Source of the DNA: Mobula birostris
Lineage: Eukaryota
Length of the DNA: 64,000 nt
NCBI RefSeq assembly: GCF_030028105.1
Contig: NC_092382.1
Span: 98,410,699-98,474,698, forward strand
Direction: 5' to 3'
Under the pieces are notes generated by a model that searched no databases, was not told the origin of the DNA, and saw nothing but the letters and a program-made list of their open reading frames with translations. The translations under genes and the position numbers were made by a program. Below are positions 1 through 11,289 of this stretch, one piece after another (within the stretch, counting starts at the first letter, position 1; every line of letters begins with the position of its first letter).

Positions 1-590
1 AGTTATGCGGTGAAAAGCTTGTTCGCACAGATCAATTCATAACATTTTGAATTGAGATAGAGAAAAGTAATTTAATAAAGTCGATTACTTTTGCTGCATC
101 TATGGAGTTACAGTGAACAGCTGGTCTTGCATACAGATCAAATCAGCACACAGTGCATTGGTGTAGAATAAGGTAAATGACTAATGTTTAAAATCGACAG
201 AGAAAACCGCAGTGCAGGTGAGCAGGACACTGAGAGGTAGATTGTGAAGTCGAGAATCCACATTATTGTACCATCCTCGAGAATAAGAGTCGGGTTACAA
301 AGGCAGAGAAGCCGCTGAATTGGTGACTGGAGCCCTTTATTATCATCGGCTGCTTTACTGAGGTAACGAGGTGTATGGACAGAGTGGGTATTTGAACGAT
401 GTGCTGAGCTGCGCGTAGGGCCCCCTCGAGTTTCCCGCCGTCAATTGCAGAGCAGATGCGTCAACAGGCCGTTATTCATCAAAGAACCGATGCTTGTCTA
501 TCCGATATTTCAGATAGTAGTAGCAGGCGGGCAAACCAAGCCGAGTGCTGCCCGTTCGTGACAGAAAGGAGCATCCGCACTCGGTCTGGT

Positions 591-605
591 GCTGCCCCCT
601 ACTGG
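591..605 (-). promoter_or_regulatory. CTCF motif CCAGTAGGGGGCAGC
   Basis: Matches the CTCF core consensus; 39 bp beyond the RSS nonamer. Confidence 0.65.
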
Positions 606-644
606 TACAACATGGCTACTGAACGTCCCTGCTCCCGGCTGGAA

Positions 645-683
645 GGTTCTTGCAGTGTAAAACTCGCTATCTGAATTTCTGTG
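645..683 (-). other. 23-RSS (CACAGAA-23-GCAAGAACC)
   Basis: Heptamer 677-683, spacer 654-676, nonamer 645-653, abutting the V end. Confidence 0.85.
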
Positions 684-815
684 TCCTAATACAAGCACAG
701 TAGTAGACGGCGGAGTGGGAGGCTGATGCCCGTCCCAGTTCCAGTTTAAACAGGTGCTGCTGGGTCATGTCTCCGTGCAGGAAGCGTATTCGTGGTTCGT
801 AACCGAACCTTGTGC
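684..815 (-). pseudogene. 3' fragment of a TCR V segment (CAC-ending family), truncated, with a stop and a frameshift
   Basis: Minus strand reads QGSVTNHEYASCTET*PSST/FKLELGRASASHSAVYYCACIR. Homology to the V at 1311-1604 stops near 815, where the next duplicated flank begins. Confidence 0.85.
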
Positions 816-1217
816 ACGGGTGTGGAATAAGTTTCATCAAAAAAGTTTAAAAGCGACAGAGAAAACCGCAGTGCAGGTGACGACAATGAGTAGATTGTGA
901 AGTCCGGAGTCCACATTATTGTACCATCTTCTCGCACAAGCGGTCCGTTCAAGAGTCGGTTAACAGCGGCAGAGAAGCTGCTGGAGTGGTGACTGGAGTC
1001 CCTTATTGTTGTTTTACTGAGATAACGAGATGTATGGACAGAGGACACATCTGTGGGAAGGGCCCTCTCAGGTTTCCTGCCGTCACTTGCAATGCAATGC
1101 CATAACAGACCATTATTCATGAAAGACCCTCTGCTAGTCTATGCGATATCTGAGATAGCAGGAGCAGGCGGGGAAAGCCGGTTTGTGACAGAAAGGCGCA
1201 GCCGAACACAGACTGGT

Positions 1218-1232
1218 GCTGCCACCTACTGG
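1218..1232 (-). promoter_or_regulatory. CTCF motif CCAGTAGGTGGCAGC
   Basis: Matches the CTCF core consensus; 39 bp beyond the RSS nonamer at 1272. Confidence 0.7.
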
Positions 1233-1271
1233 TACAACATGGCCACTGAACCTCCCTGCGATTGGCTGGAA

Positions 1272-1310
1272 GGTTTTTGTAGTGGGAGACTCGTTATCTC
1301 AACTTCTGTG
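1272..1310 (-). other. 23-RSS (CACAGAA-23-ACAAAAACC)
   Basis: Heptamer 1304-1310, spacer 1281-1303, consensus nonamer 1272-1280. Confidence 0.9.
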
Positions 1311-2226
1311 CGCTACTACAAGCGCAGTAGTAGACGGCGGAGTGGGAGGCCGATGCCTGTCGCAGTTCCAGTTTAAACAGAGTGTTGCTGGGTCTTGGCG
1401 CCGTGTAGGAATCGGATGTGTAGTTTGTCACCGAACCTTGCCCAGCAGAATAGAAGAGGCAATCTATTGCCCGGTCCGATCGCTGTCTGTACCAATACAT
1501 GATTTGATAGCCCGTATTCAGCAGCGTACACGACACGCTGGCAGACTCTCCCTGTCCGATTGAAGGAGCAGAAGGCGACTGCTCCACGTACGCGGCCACA
1601 ATCCCTGTTAAACAAAATTCGACAAGACTCTAATCTCTCAGTTGTTAATCAGAGCGCGCGGAGGCTAGACAGAAGAAATGGACGGATTCTTTTGCGAAGA
1701 CCCAGGGTCTTATTCAATAAACTCGAAGATTCACAATACTATCCGACGTGCAGTAGGCACGATACACCGCCCTGATTCACACCTACTCTCCTTCAGTTTA
1801 AACAAGTTGCATTGAACCACAGTGGAGAACTGTGATGATTTAATACGGTGTGGCATACTCGCACTTGATCCGCGTCCGGGACCCCACATACCCCCTCCGA
1901 GAAATAGCCAAAATCCTTTTCGAAGTTTCATAGCGTAACAGAAGGGGGCGTGTTATACCCCAGTCCATAGTGGGTCGCTCTGACAAGCGCGTTAACGATT
2001 TATCAGAGGGAGGAATATTTGTAATCAGGCACATGGCTGAATGTTGGGCATCAAATATTTTAATTATAACCCGGTAATCACCCAGGCCTAACTAGGTCCG
2101 GTACTCAATGACTTAGAATCAAAAGATACATTCCGCATCGTCCTTTCCCAGGACCTGTGCTTTTGACTTACCCGGGATCACCACGGCAATCAGCGGGAGG
2201 CAAAGTGCCCGCCGCTGTCTCATCAT
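1311..2226 (-). CDS. TCR V gene segment, open (leader exon 2226-2172, V exon 1604-1311)
   Basis: Leader MMRQRRALCLPLIAVVIP ends in a phase-1 GTAAGT donor; acceptor TAACAG. V exon GIVAAYVEQSPSAPSIGQGESASVSCTLLNTGYQIMYWYRQRSDRAIDCLFYSAGQGSVTNYTSDSYTAPRPSNTLFKLELRQASASHSAVYYCACSS has C23, W41 and C104, followed by a 23-RSS. Confidence 0.9.
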
Positions 2227-2320
2227 TTAAAGGACGCGGACACTTCCTTTGTGTTGAGTCGAATGCAGATCAGTGTCAGATCTGTCTGATGGTCTGATAT
2301 AAAGGACAATTCTGCGGCAA

Positions 2321-2334
2321 TGACGTCACTTCCG
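2321..2334. promoter_or_regulatory. CRE palindrome overlapping an ETS site (TGACGTCACTTCCG), V promoter
   Basis: About 95 bp upstream of the leader ATG at 2226. A CRE-containing decamer is established for TCR Vbeta promoters. Confidence 0.7.
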
Positions 2335-4106
2335 CTGCAGTGTCCCTCCTTTGGACGGTTGAAATTGTGGCGAAGCTGACGTCTAGGCCCAAGATGAAAT
2401 CATGCAACACAGATACGTTAGAAGGATTCGAAGCTGGGAGGAACATATCTCTGGGAAGCAGTTTTACATCAATTGGCATGCTACTCTCGTTAACGTAAAT
2501 ATCATCTCATCCAACCAACTGTCAGCAACTCAATGCTTCAAACGTACAGGATTTGCCTGAGTTTCAGTTGTTTTTTTCAAACCAAGTTTCTGAATGGGGG
2601 CGGGGGGGTGGGTGGAATGTGACCCGGCTGACGTTGACAGTGCAATGAGTTTTAGTGACAGATATCGTGGTTTGTGCATCTCAGGAATTGCTGTTCTCCC
2701 GGGGTTTTCTCGCACGACACTCTCTAGATTCCGCATTCTTCAGCTTACGGAACATTGTGGTTACTTAGAGAGTTCAGAGGAAAATGGCCGGACTAATCTA
2801 TCGTTCGGTTGCGTGAGCGAGCGCTTTCCCGTGCCCCAGAAAACTCCAGCAGAGAAGCTCGGAGACGGGACGGCAGGCTGTGACCGCCGAGGTTTCTCGC
2901 CGATTGAAGACTCGAGGAGGATTGAAACATGGAGGCAAATGTAGATGAGAGCGAGCGGTTCTCGGTGAGGCCGTTAGGTTCGGTTTGTTGCTTTCGGACG
3001 GGTTCGAGCATTTAAGTCCCATCCCCTGGAGGGGCCGCTGGTTCGAAATGCCGCTCTCTGGTCCCGATGCGCTCGGAGGTGACCTGGCCATTCAGAGATT
3101 CTGGACCGGACTGCATTTTAATCGACCTGCAGTTAACTTCGGCCTCTTTCAGTGATTTTTTTCGTTCTGTTCTCGCTCATTCTTTCGTGTTGCCAATTGG
3201 CGCGCTGGCGGTTTGGGGTTTGCTTTTCACACTGTTTTTCCCTGTTGGCGTTCTGTTAGTTTTTTTTGTCTGGGAGTTGTTGTGGGGGTTTAATTTGCGC
3301 GGTTTTGTTTCTTTTGTTATCGTCCGGGGGATGAAACAGATGGCTTTCTTCCAAATTCTTCAATGCTTTTCGGTATTTTATGTCTATCTGGAGAAGGGAA
3401 ATTTCAGAATTGTATTCCGCATGCAGACTTCGATAACAAAATGAACGCTTGGTGTGTGGGTGACGAAAAGGAACGCCCGATCAAATTTAATCGCGGGGTC
3501 CTAGTTTTGATAATATTATTTCCCTCGGTAACACTCAATTGTTACACCTGATCGTCTGTTGGAAATCTTATGAAGTTTTATGGTCGCGACATTGGAGCCT
3601 GTCTTTCCTCCGCACCTGGGTAATGTCTTTGCCAGCGCGCATCATGACGTTTCGTGTCGGTGAAGCTACTCGCAGATGTTGTTGGAAACGAACTGAAGAC
3701 TGAGACGCAACAACGGAAATGAACGGTGACGCATTCGGAGAGCTTATCTCAACAGAATATAGAGCAATGTCTTGAAAGGTACTCTGGATATTTGCGAAAA
3801 GGTAGGACACGACAAGAGAGGCTTAGTGGGGAGACGGGGATTGTAGGGCGGAGAGAGGGAGAGAACAGGGGAGAATCCGCGTGCGAATTGGTATGGAGTG
3901 GGACTAACGGCACAGGCGGAGGACATTCAAATTATCTGATCCCAAATCAGGCAGACGGATATATCACACCGAGCATGAAGGGAACGCCAGCACTCGATCA
4001 GTTGTCCGTACCCCCGGTCGAGATGGAAACTCAGCAACGATTCTCAATCATCTGCTGCCGGAAAGTGTTATACAGTGGTAATAGTCCTCCCGACGTGAGG
4101 GCGAGA

Positions 4107-4545
4107 GGTTTTTATTGTCGGAGGCGCAGAATCAGATGGCGGAGCGAGCGTGCAAGGCGGTTTGAACGACGTGACACTGGTTCTCGTTGCCGTGTAGAAC
4201 CGAGACGTGTAACTGTTAACTATGTCTGTCCCAGCGGAATCGCTTTTAGTGCCTGGTCGGGTTGTTGTCTGCACCAATATGTGCGAGGATAGCCCGTATT
4301 GCACAGCGCACATTGGACGATGCTTAACTCGCCCGACCGAACTGACAGGGAAGGGGACAACTTATACACGGTATGCGGCCAGAGTCTTTACCAGACAGTT
4401 AAAAAAAACTCTCTGAGTCTTTTTTTTTTGTCTCAGGAATTCATAGCTCGTTCTACGAATGTCAGATATTTCCCCCGAACATCTGTTTTCCTGACTTACG
4501 TGGATTCAAGGAGACGATCAGCGCAGGACAATGCGTTCCACTCAT
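4107..4545 (-). pseudogene. Degenerate V gene (leader 4545-4500, frameshifted V exon about 4400-4115, YYC and heptamer deleted)
   Basis: Leader MSGTHCPALIVSLNP followed by GTAAGT. The exon reads in pieces TLAAY..SPSLSVRSGELSIVQCALCNTGYPRTYWCRQQPDQALKAI...DSA, then runs directly into a nonamer-like ATAAAAACC. Confidence 0.8.
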
Positions 4546-5256
4546 CAATCTTTCACAGGGTGGAAGCTGACGGGCTACGGGTTGGAGTGTTGCTCATGGC
4601 GTGCTTTCAGATGAAATACACTGCGCTGGCGAATTATTGTCTGCAACCGATAGGCCGGATGACGTCTTTAGCCTCCGGTGCAGTTGTAAGCGGTACACAT
4701 TTCTTCAGCTGTCATTCAAAAGCCGAAAAGAGAGAGTGAACGCAGCATTTTAGTCAGAGCCGTTTCAGCGGGGAAACTCACACACACACACACGCGCCGA
4801 AAGATCACACACTGCGGATTGATGTGTAATAAGGCACATCTACAAACTTTAAAACCGACGGAGAAAATGCAGCGCAGGTGAGCACGACCTTAATGAGGTA
4901 GATGGTGACGTCAGGAGTACACGTCACTGCACCATCCTCTCGTGCAAGTAGCCCGTTCGAGAGTCCTGTTACAGCGGGTGAAAAGCTGCTCGAGTGGTGG
5001 ATGGGATCTTTGGTTATTCTCGTTGCTTTACTGAGCTATCGCGATGGATAGGCGCGAAGCAGGTATCCACGATGTGCTGAGACAGGTGCACGTCTCTCTG
5101 CGGTTTTTTATTGCCTTCGATTGAAGTGCATTTTCCATACGCAGCAGTTATACATCACAATACAATTCTCGTCATTGTGATATCTGAGACATTTTAAAAG
5201 AGCCAGCTGAAGGTTGCTGGTTCGTGACCAAAAGGGACAGTCAAACACAATCCCGT

Positions 5257-5271
5257 GCTGCCATCTAGTGG
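5257..5271 (-). promoter_or_regulatory. CTCF motif CCACTAGATGGCAGC
   Basis: Strong CTCF core match; 39 bp beyond the RSS nonamer at 5311. Confidence 0.75.
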
Positions 5272-5310
5272 TGCAACAGGACCACGAAACTTCCCTGCGT
5301 CTGGTGGGAA

Positions 5311-5349
5311 GTTTTTTGTAGTGGGAGACTCGTTATGTCAAGTTCTGTG
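5311..5349 (-). other. 23-RSS (CACAGAA-23-ACAAAAAAC)
   Basis: Heptamer 5343-5349, spacer 5320-5342, nonamer 5311-5319. Confidence 0.85.
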
Positions 5350-6238
5350 CGCTACCAGAAGCGCAGTAGTAGACGGCAGAGTGGGAGAACGATGCCTTTC
5401 TCAGCTCCAGTTTAAACAGAGTGCTGCTGGGTCTTATCGCCGTGTAGGAATCGGATGTGTAGTTCGTAACCGAACCTTGCCCAAAAGAAGCGAAAAGACC
5501 ATCTATTGCTTGGTCGGATCACTGCCTGTACCAATACGTGCGAGTATGTTCCGTTCCCAACAGCGTACATGAGACGCTAGCCGTCTCACGCTCTCCGACT
5601 GACAAGGAGGAAGGCGACTGCTCGACGAACGCGCCCAGAATCCCTGTAAAACAGAAAATCGATTACTCTCCAGTGCCACTCAATTGTTGATCAGCGCGCG
5701 TGTAATTCAGACAGAAGGAAAGGGCTGTCCACTCTCAGGTTAACCCGAAGGTTCACACTATTCTGCAACGTGCAATAGGCGCGATGCACCATCTTGACAC
5801 ACACGTACACACAGTCAGACAAAATAAGATTCCTCGCACCGCAGTGAAGAAGCGGTGTTAGATGTCGTCCAGCATAATCTCATTTAGTCCGTCTTCAATT
5901 TTGGCGCAAAGCCCCACGCACCCCCGGAGTAATCACGAAATACTCTTCCAGGCTTAGCGAAACTGAAGGAGACGCGCAATTTCTACTGGGTCAGTTCGAC
6001 TAGCGCGGCAAAGATTTACCAGTGGGAAGGTGCTTTCTCATTCGGCTCATGAGTATCAAGGTAGGCATCAAATCTTCGGCCTCATGTGGAGAAAATCTGC
6101 CAAGCCGAAACACGTCCCATGTTGAACAATTTCGTTCCACACAGGACATTCAACACCCCTTTCTCCTTGGATCTGTGATTTTTACTTACGTGGGATCATC
6201 GCCACGATCAGCGGGAGGCAAATCGTCCTCCGCACCAT
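5350..6238 (-). pseudogene. TCR V gene with a single in-frame stop (leader 6238-6190, V exon 5643-5350)
   Basis: Leader MVRRTICLPLIVAMIP followed by GTAAGT. V exon ILGAFVEQSPSSLSVGERETASVSCTLLGTEHTRTYWYRQ*SDQAIDGLFASFGQGSVTNYTSDSYTAIRPSSTLFKLELRKASFSHSAVYYCASGS, with TGA at 5519-5521. Confidence 0.9.
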
Positions 6239-6499
6239 CACCTACAGGATGAGGAAACTTCCTCTTGTGAATCAGGTGAAGCTCAGAACCAGCTCTCAGG
6301 GAAGTCCAGCTGTCTGGTCTAATAAAGGAACCAGATTCCCTTTGTCTTTGTGGTGATAACGTCACTTCCGCCGTGTTAAATGCCTTCGGGCTTTTTTCAT
6401 TTTCGTGGAGCCGACGACGAGGCCCGAGATGAGTTCATGCAATGCAGATACTTTGGGACGATTTGAAACTGGGACGCTCGGTTTGCTAAGAGTAAACCG

Positions 6500-7666
6500 A
6501 GCAATTATCGGCTTGTGAGTTTGACGTCAGTGGTGGGTAAATTGATGGAAAGTATTCTTAGAGATGGTATATATAATTATCGGGATAGACAGGGTCTGAT
6601 TAGCAACAGTCAACATGTATTTGTGGGTGGAAGGTCATGTTTGACAAATCTTATAGAATTTTTTGAAGAGGTTACTAGGACAGTTGCCTGGAGTAAAGCG
6701 ATGGATGTTGTCTATATGGACTTCAGTAAGGCCTTTGACAAGGTTCCTCACGGAAGGTTAATTAGGAAGGTTCAATCGTTAGGTATTAATATTGAAGTAG
6801 TAAAATGGATTCACCAGTGGCTGGATGGGAAACGCCAGAGAGTACTGGTGAATAACTGTTTTCAGGTTGGAGGCCAGTAACTAGTGCTGTGACTCAGGGA
6901 TCTGTACTGGGTCCAATGTTGTTTGTCATATACATTAATGATCTGGATGATGGGGTGGTAAATTGCATTAGTAAGTATGCAGATGATACTAAGATAGGTG
7001 GCGTTCTGGATAATGAAGTAGACTTTCAAAGCTTGCAGGGAAATTCAGGCCAGTTAGAAGAGTGGGCTGAAAGATGGCAAATGGAGTTTAATGCTGATAA
7101 GTGTGATGTGCTACATCTTGGTAGGACTAATCAAAATAGGACATACATGGTAGATGGTGGGGCATTGAAATATACAGTAGAACAGTGAGATCTAGGAATA
7201 ATGGGCCATAGTTCCCAGAAGATGGAGACTCATGTAGATAGGGTGGTGAAGAAAGCTTTTGGTTTGCTGGCCTTTATAAATCAGAGCATTGAGTATAGGA
7301 GTTGGGATGTAATGTTGAAATTGTACAAGGCATCGGTGAGGCCAAATTTGGAGTATTGTGTACAGTTCTGGTCACCGAATTATAGGAAAGATGTCAACAA
7401 AATTGAGAGAGTACAGAGAAGACTTACTAGAATGTTACCTGGGATTCATCTCCTAAGTTACAGAGAAAGGTTGAACAAGTTGGGTCTTTATTCTTTGGAG
7501 CGTAGAAGGTTGAGGGGGGACTTGATAGAGGTGTTTAAATTTATGAGGGGGGTAGACAGAGTTGACTTGGATAGGCTTTTTCCATTGAGAGTAGGGGAGA
7601 TTCAAACAAGAGGACATGAGTTGAGTGCTAGGGGGCAAAGGTTTAGGAGTAATACGAGGGGAAACT
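6500..7666 (+). mobile_element. CR1 LINE reverse-transcriptase fragment, truncated at both ends
   Basis: ORFs 6515-7764 contain SLTSVVGKLME, YMDFSKAFDKVPH, QGSVLGP and YADDTKIGG, interrupted by stops. Confidence 0.9.
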
Positions 7667-9369
7667 GTCTGCCTCACTGTCTGTCTATCTCCCCATTTTG
7701 TTGGCTATCTGTCACTCTCTATCTACTTGAATTATTCTTTACACTTTGGCGTAATTCTTGTTAACGGGAATAGAAATTGAAATAGGTTTCAAGGAAGTGG
7801 AAAGAATTGCCGAGTCATTTCCACGGAATAGGACGGTGGAGTTTGAGCGATGAATTCCATGTCGTCCTAAGCAAAACGCCAATGGTTGAATTGCAGTCTG
7901 CGCAGAACAGCTGGCACCACAGGAAATCTTGTGAATGACAGCCGCAAGCCTGGTGACAGGAACAGGTTTCACGATCCTACGTCTCAGAGACCCGTCCAAA
8001 TGCAGCTGTTCCGCCGACAGACGGATCTGCACATTAGGTGCCTCATGGTCCTGTCTACTTTAAATCTATTTGCCTCCATGTACTCAACACATCATTGAAG
8101 CTTTACCATCGGTGTACCTGCCCGAATGGTGTACACGTACCCTTCTCTACTGCTTCATCCAACAATTCATTACAGCTGTCTAACTTCATCTGAGCATAAA
8201 CAGATGTCCCTCAATATTAAATACTGTAATTTGGGGCTAATCCCTCTTACCCCCGGAAAATAATGATGATGCATCTTAGCTGTGCTGCCGGAGATTTTTA
8301 CAGGCCTCGATAAAGTCAAGGTCGTAGTCAAAATAAATGTACTATCAAAGTACGTACACGGCACCATAGACAACCCAGAGATTCATTTTCTTGCAGGCAT
8401 TTACAGGGACCGAGTTATGGTTAGGATTAGTGGGGTTAGCAGTCGATTCCACCACAGCACCATCACATATGGCCAAATATTCCCGCAGTAGTCGTGACTG
8501 TCTCCTTTCCACAAGTTGCTGTGCCAGGGTTATTCTTATTGCCGCCGCACGGTGGCACTCTACACAAGATTAAGACTTTGGGCTGTCCAAGTCCCAGCTG
8601 CTGGGTCGCAGAGTAAAGCGCTTGCTTGACGGCTAACCCCATTCTCGAAATATAACGCGCAGCTGAATTGGTTGCCAGGTATTCACTTTTGCTTCGCTTT
8701 GTTCGCTGATTCTGGAAAATTTCGTGCTACACGCTTTCAATGTCTACTGCAATCGTCATCACTGGCAAATTGCTGGCATGATCATAGCTTGCATGACGGG
8801 AGTTATGGGGTTATTTATAGGAGGTTTCCAGTTGGACCAAAGCGATTGTTTCCGTATTGCTCTAGTATACGACGCTACCATTTACACCTCTGAAGCAATA
8901 AACACTTGGGCCGAGAGCTCACAGTCTGTAACATATATTCTACAACTCTGTTATTTGCAATTCATGAACAGCACGGGAAAAGGCACTTTGGTCCACCATA
9001 TACGAAATTAATCTGTCTTTCTGCTGAACGTAATCCGTACCTTCCTCCTTATATTCCTCTCTCCGCCTCCCAAAACGGTACAATGACTCTGTTTGTGACA
9101 TTGAGGTTAGATCGTCGTGTCCGGGACTGAAGGGACAGCTCCCGTTGTCCTGCTGAAATTGGAATGGGGCCCGGCCTTTCGACTGACATCCGAATCGGCA
9201 AATGAATTGATCCACACACCATTCAAGTTCTAAGCTTCCGGTGTCGCAACTCGGTGACGTGTGGGTAAAAGGCGGAGCTTCATGCGTTCGCCCATGACCT
9301 GACAAGGCATTCAAAAGGTTGTTCGTTACGGTCTCCCTTCCACTTGGAGGAAACGGTCTAAGTTCAAAG

Positions 9370-10045
9370 ATGTTCGTGTTATTGGAGCTGCTGGTCTGGC
9401 TTCACGGTAAAGGGCAGTTTCAATTTGCGAGCATTTTAAGGAACAAGTTCTACATTCCCCTTCCTGTGCTCCGTTAATTCTTGTAATATTTGTTTCCCCA
9501 TCGCTCTTCTGCGTTTCTTTCTTACTTATTCCATCGTCGCGCTCCTTTGCTATTTAGTTCTCACCTCCGTCCATCCAATTATAATTATTTTCTTTTATTC
9601 TCTCGCTCTCTCTATTTCTTCCCCATCTCTTTCTCTACTCCCCATATGCCTCTACTTCCTGCATCTCTCTTTCTCCTTCTTTCCTCCCTGTCTCCATGAT
9701 CCGAGTCTACCTGCCTACTGAGGTCATACCCCTCTCCTCTCTTCCCCAGCCGCGAAGTCGCAAACGATCCAGCAGACGCCTCCGGCTTTTTCCGGTTCAC
9801 CGGGGCAGCCGATGGCCCTGACCTGCAGCGTGGAGGGCAGCGGCACTTACTACGTGTACTGGTACCGGCAGTACCCGGGGCAGGAGCCGCAGTTCATGTT
9901 CTACAGCTACGGTGCTAATATTAAGAATCCCGACGGGGAGGTCGATGGATTTACCCTGCAGACGACGAAAGATAACGAGGCCAAACTGGTGACCAACAGC
10001 CTGCGGGAGAATCACTCGGCCGTGTACTTTTGCGCCTGGAGTATT
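9370..10045 (+). CDS. TRBV: TCR beta-like V gene, open (leader 9370-9406, V exon 9750-10045)
   Basis: Leader MFVLLELLVWLH followed by GTAAAG. V exon AAKSQTIQQTPPAFSGSPGQPMALTCSVEGSGTYYVYWYRQYPGQEPQFMFYSYG...NHSAVYFCAWSI; TRBV30-like SQTI and CAWS signatures. Confidence 0.92.
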
Positions 10046-10084
10046 CACAGTGACTCGCCGCGAGGGAAGAGCTCGACAAAAACC
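10046..10084 (+). other. 23-RSS, full consensus (CACAGTG-23-ACAAAAACC)
   Basis: Heptamer 10046-10052, nonamer 10076-10084. Confidence 0.95.
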
Positions 10085-11289
10085 CCAGACTGCATGTAAA
10101 CGGCGTGGCAGAGGCGAGCACACGCGGCCGTGTGGCCGTGTCCTGTTTTGTTGCTTTGTTTGACAGAGGAAACGCGATGTGGATTGTAAGCAGACGGTTT
10201 GGTAACAACGAGGAGAGAGCAGGTGGCCGATCTTCCGGCAAGAAGCAAGCTCTTACACCAGCCTTGTGACGTCAGCACACCCAGCACACTCCGACAAGCC
10301 CCGAACTGACACCGATTTACCTGAATGTGAGGTGGAAAAGAAACAGTGGGATTTCATTACACTGACGTTCTCTTGATTCTTCCCTGTCACGACGTCTGCA
10401 TTTTCCTGCTTTCTTCCAGAAGTAACGCCCTCCCTGCTTTTGAAAGTCCTATCATTAACAGAACTTGTATAACAACAGCTGATTTTTTTTTGTGCTTGCG
10501 ATCGCATTTATAGTTAAAATTTCCCCTGTGAATTTCGTCGTCCATAGTTCCATGTTAAAATTATTTTTATCTCATTCGTCCTGTTACCATCGTCCCTGAG
10601 AAGAAACAAGCGGCGTCCCTTTCTTTATCGAGGGCACTGAGTGTAAGGTGTAAGATGTCATGCTGGATTAGGCCACAAGCGGAATATTGCACCCAGTTTG
10701 GGCAAGAATGGTGTTGCGACAATAGGAAGAGTGGACGAGATATTCATTGGTGTGTTTCTTGGATAAGAGGGCTGCAGATGTATTGAAGATGGATCGGCTG
10801 GGTTTACTTTCACTGGATCGGCTGACGACATAGGGGTTTATAAAATTATAAAGGTCGAAGTTAGGGTTTTTTGCCAAGGTAGTGCTTCCATAACTACAAG
10901 GGCCATGTTTGAGCTCAGAAGGGAAACACTGATGGAGATGTACAGGATAAGGACCGGTATTGGATGTGAACGGCAAGATTATGAATGGGATGAGGAGGAT
11001 TGCGGTAAGAGAGAGAGAGAGAGGGGAGAGGGGATAAAAGCAACAGGGAAAAAAGATGAAGGAGAGGGGGAGATTGTCAATGAAGAGAGGAGCTGGGTGT
11101 GTGGGAGCAGAGGCTCGAGAGAGGCGAGGGAGCGATATCAGGTACATCAGGTGACGCCGCTGTTTGTGAGAAGTTTCCTAGTTCTCCCACTCTGCTCCGC
11201 TTTCTTCCCGTAGTCCACTGAAGTACTGGTTGGTAGGTTAATTGCCGGTTGCAAAATGGTCGAGGCCCCTATGTATGTCAGTCGCCGTG

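Noticed and set aside
3980-4085. Plus-strand QLSVPPVEMETQQRFSIICC as V FR1
   Set aside because: No acceptor, leader or downstream V continuation; could be chance.
7800-8720. Possible minus-strand V relic pieces (FTLRPSS, LFCA)
   Set aside because: Only scattered short motifs; no WYRQ, RSS or consistent spacing.
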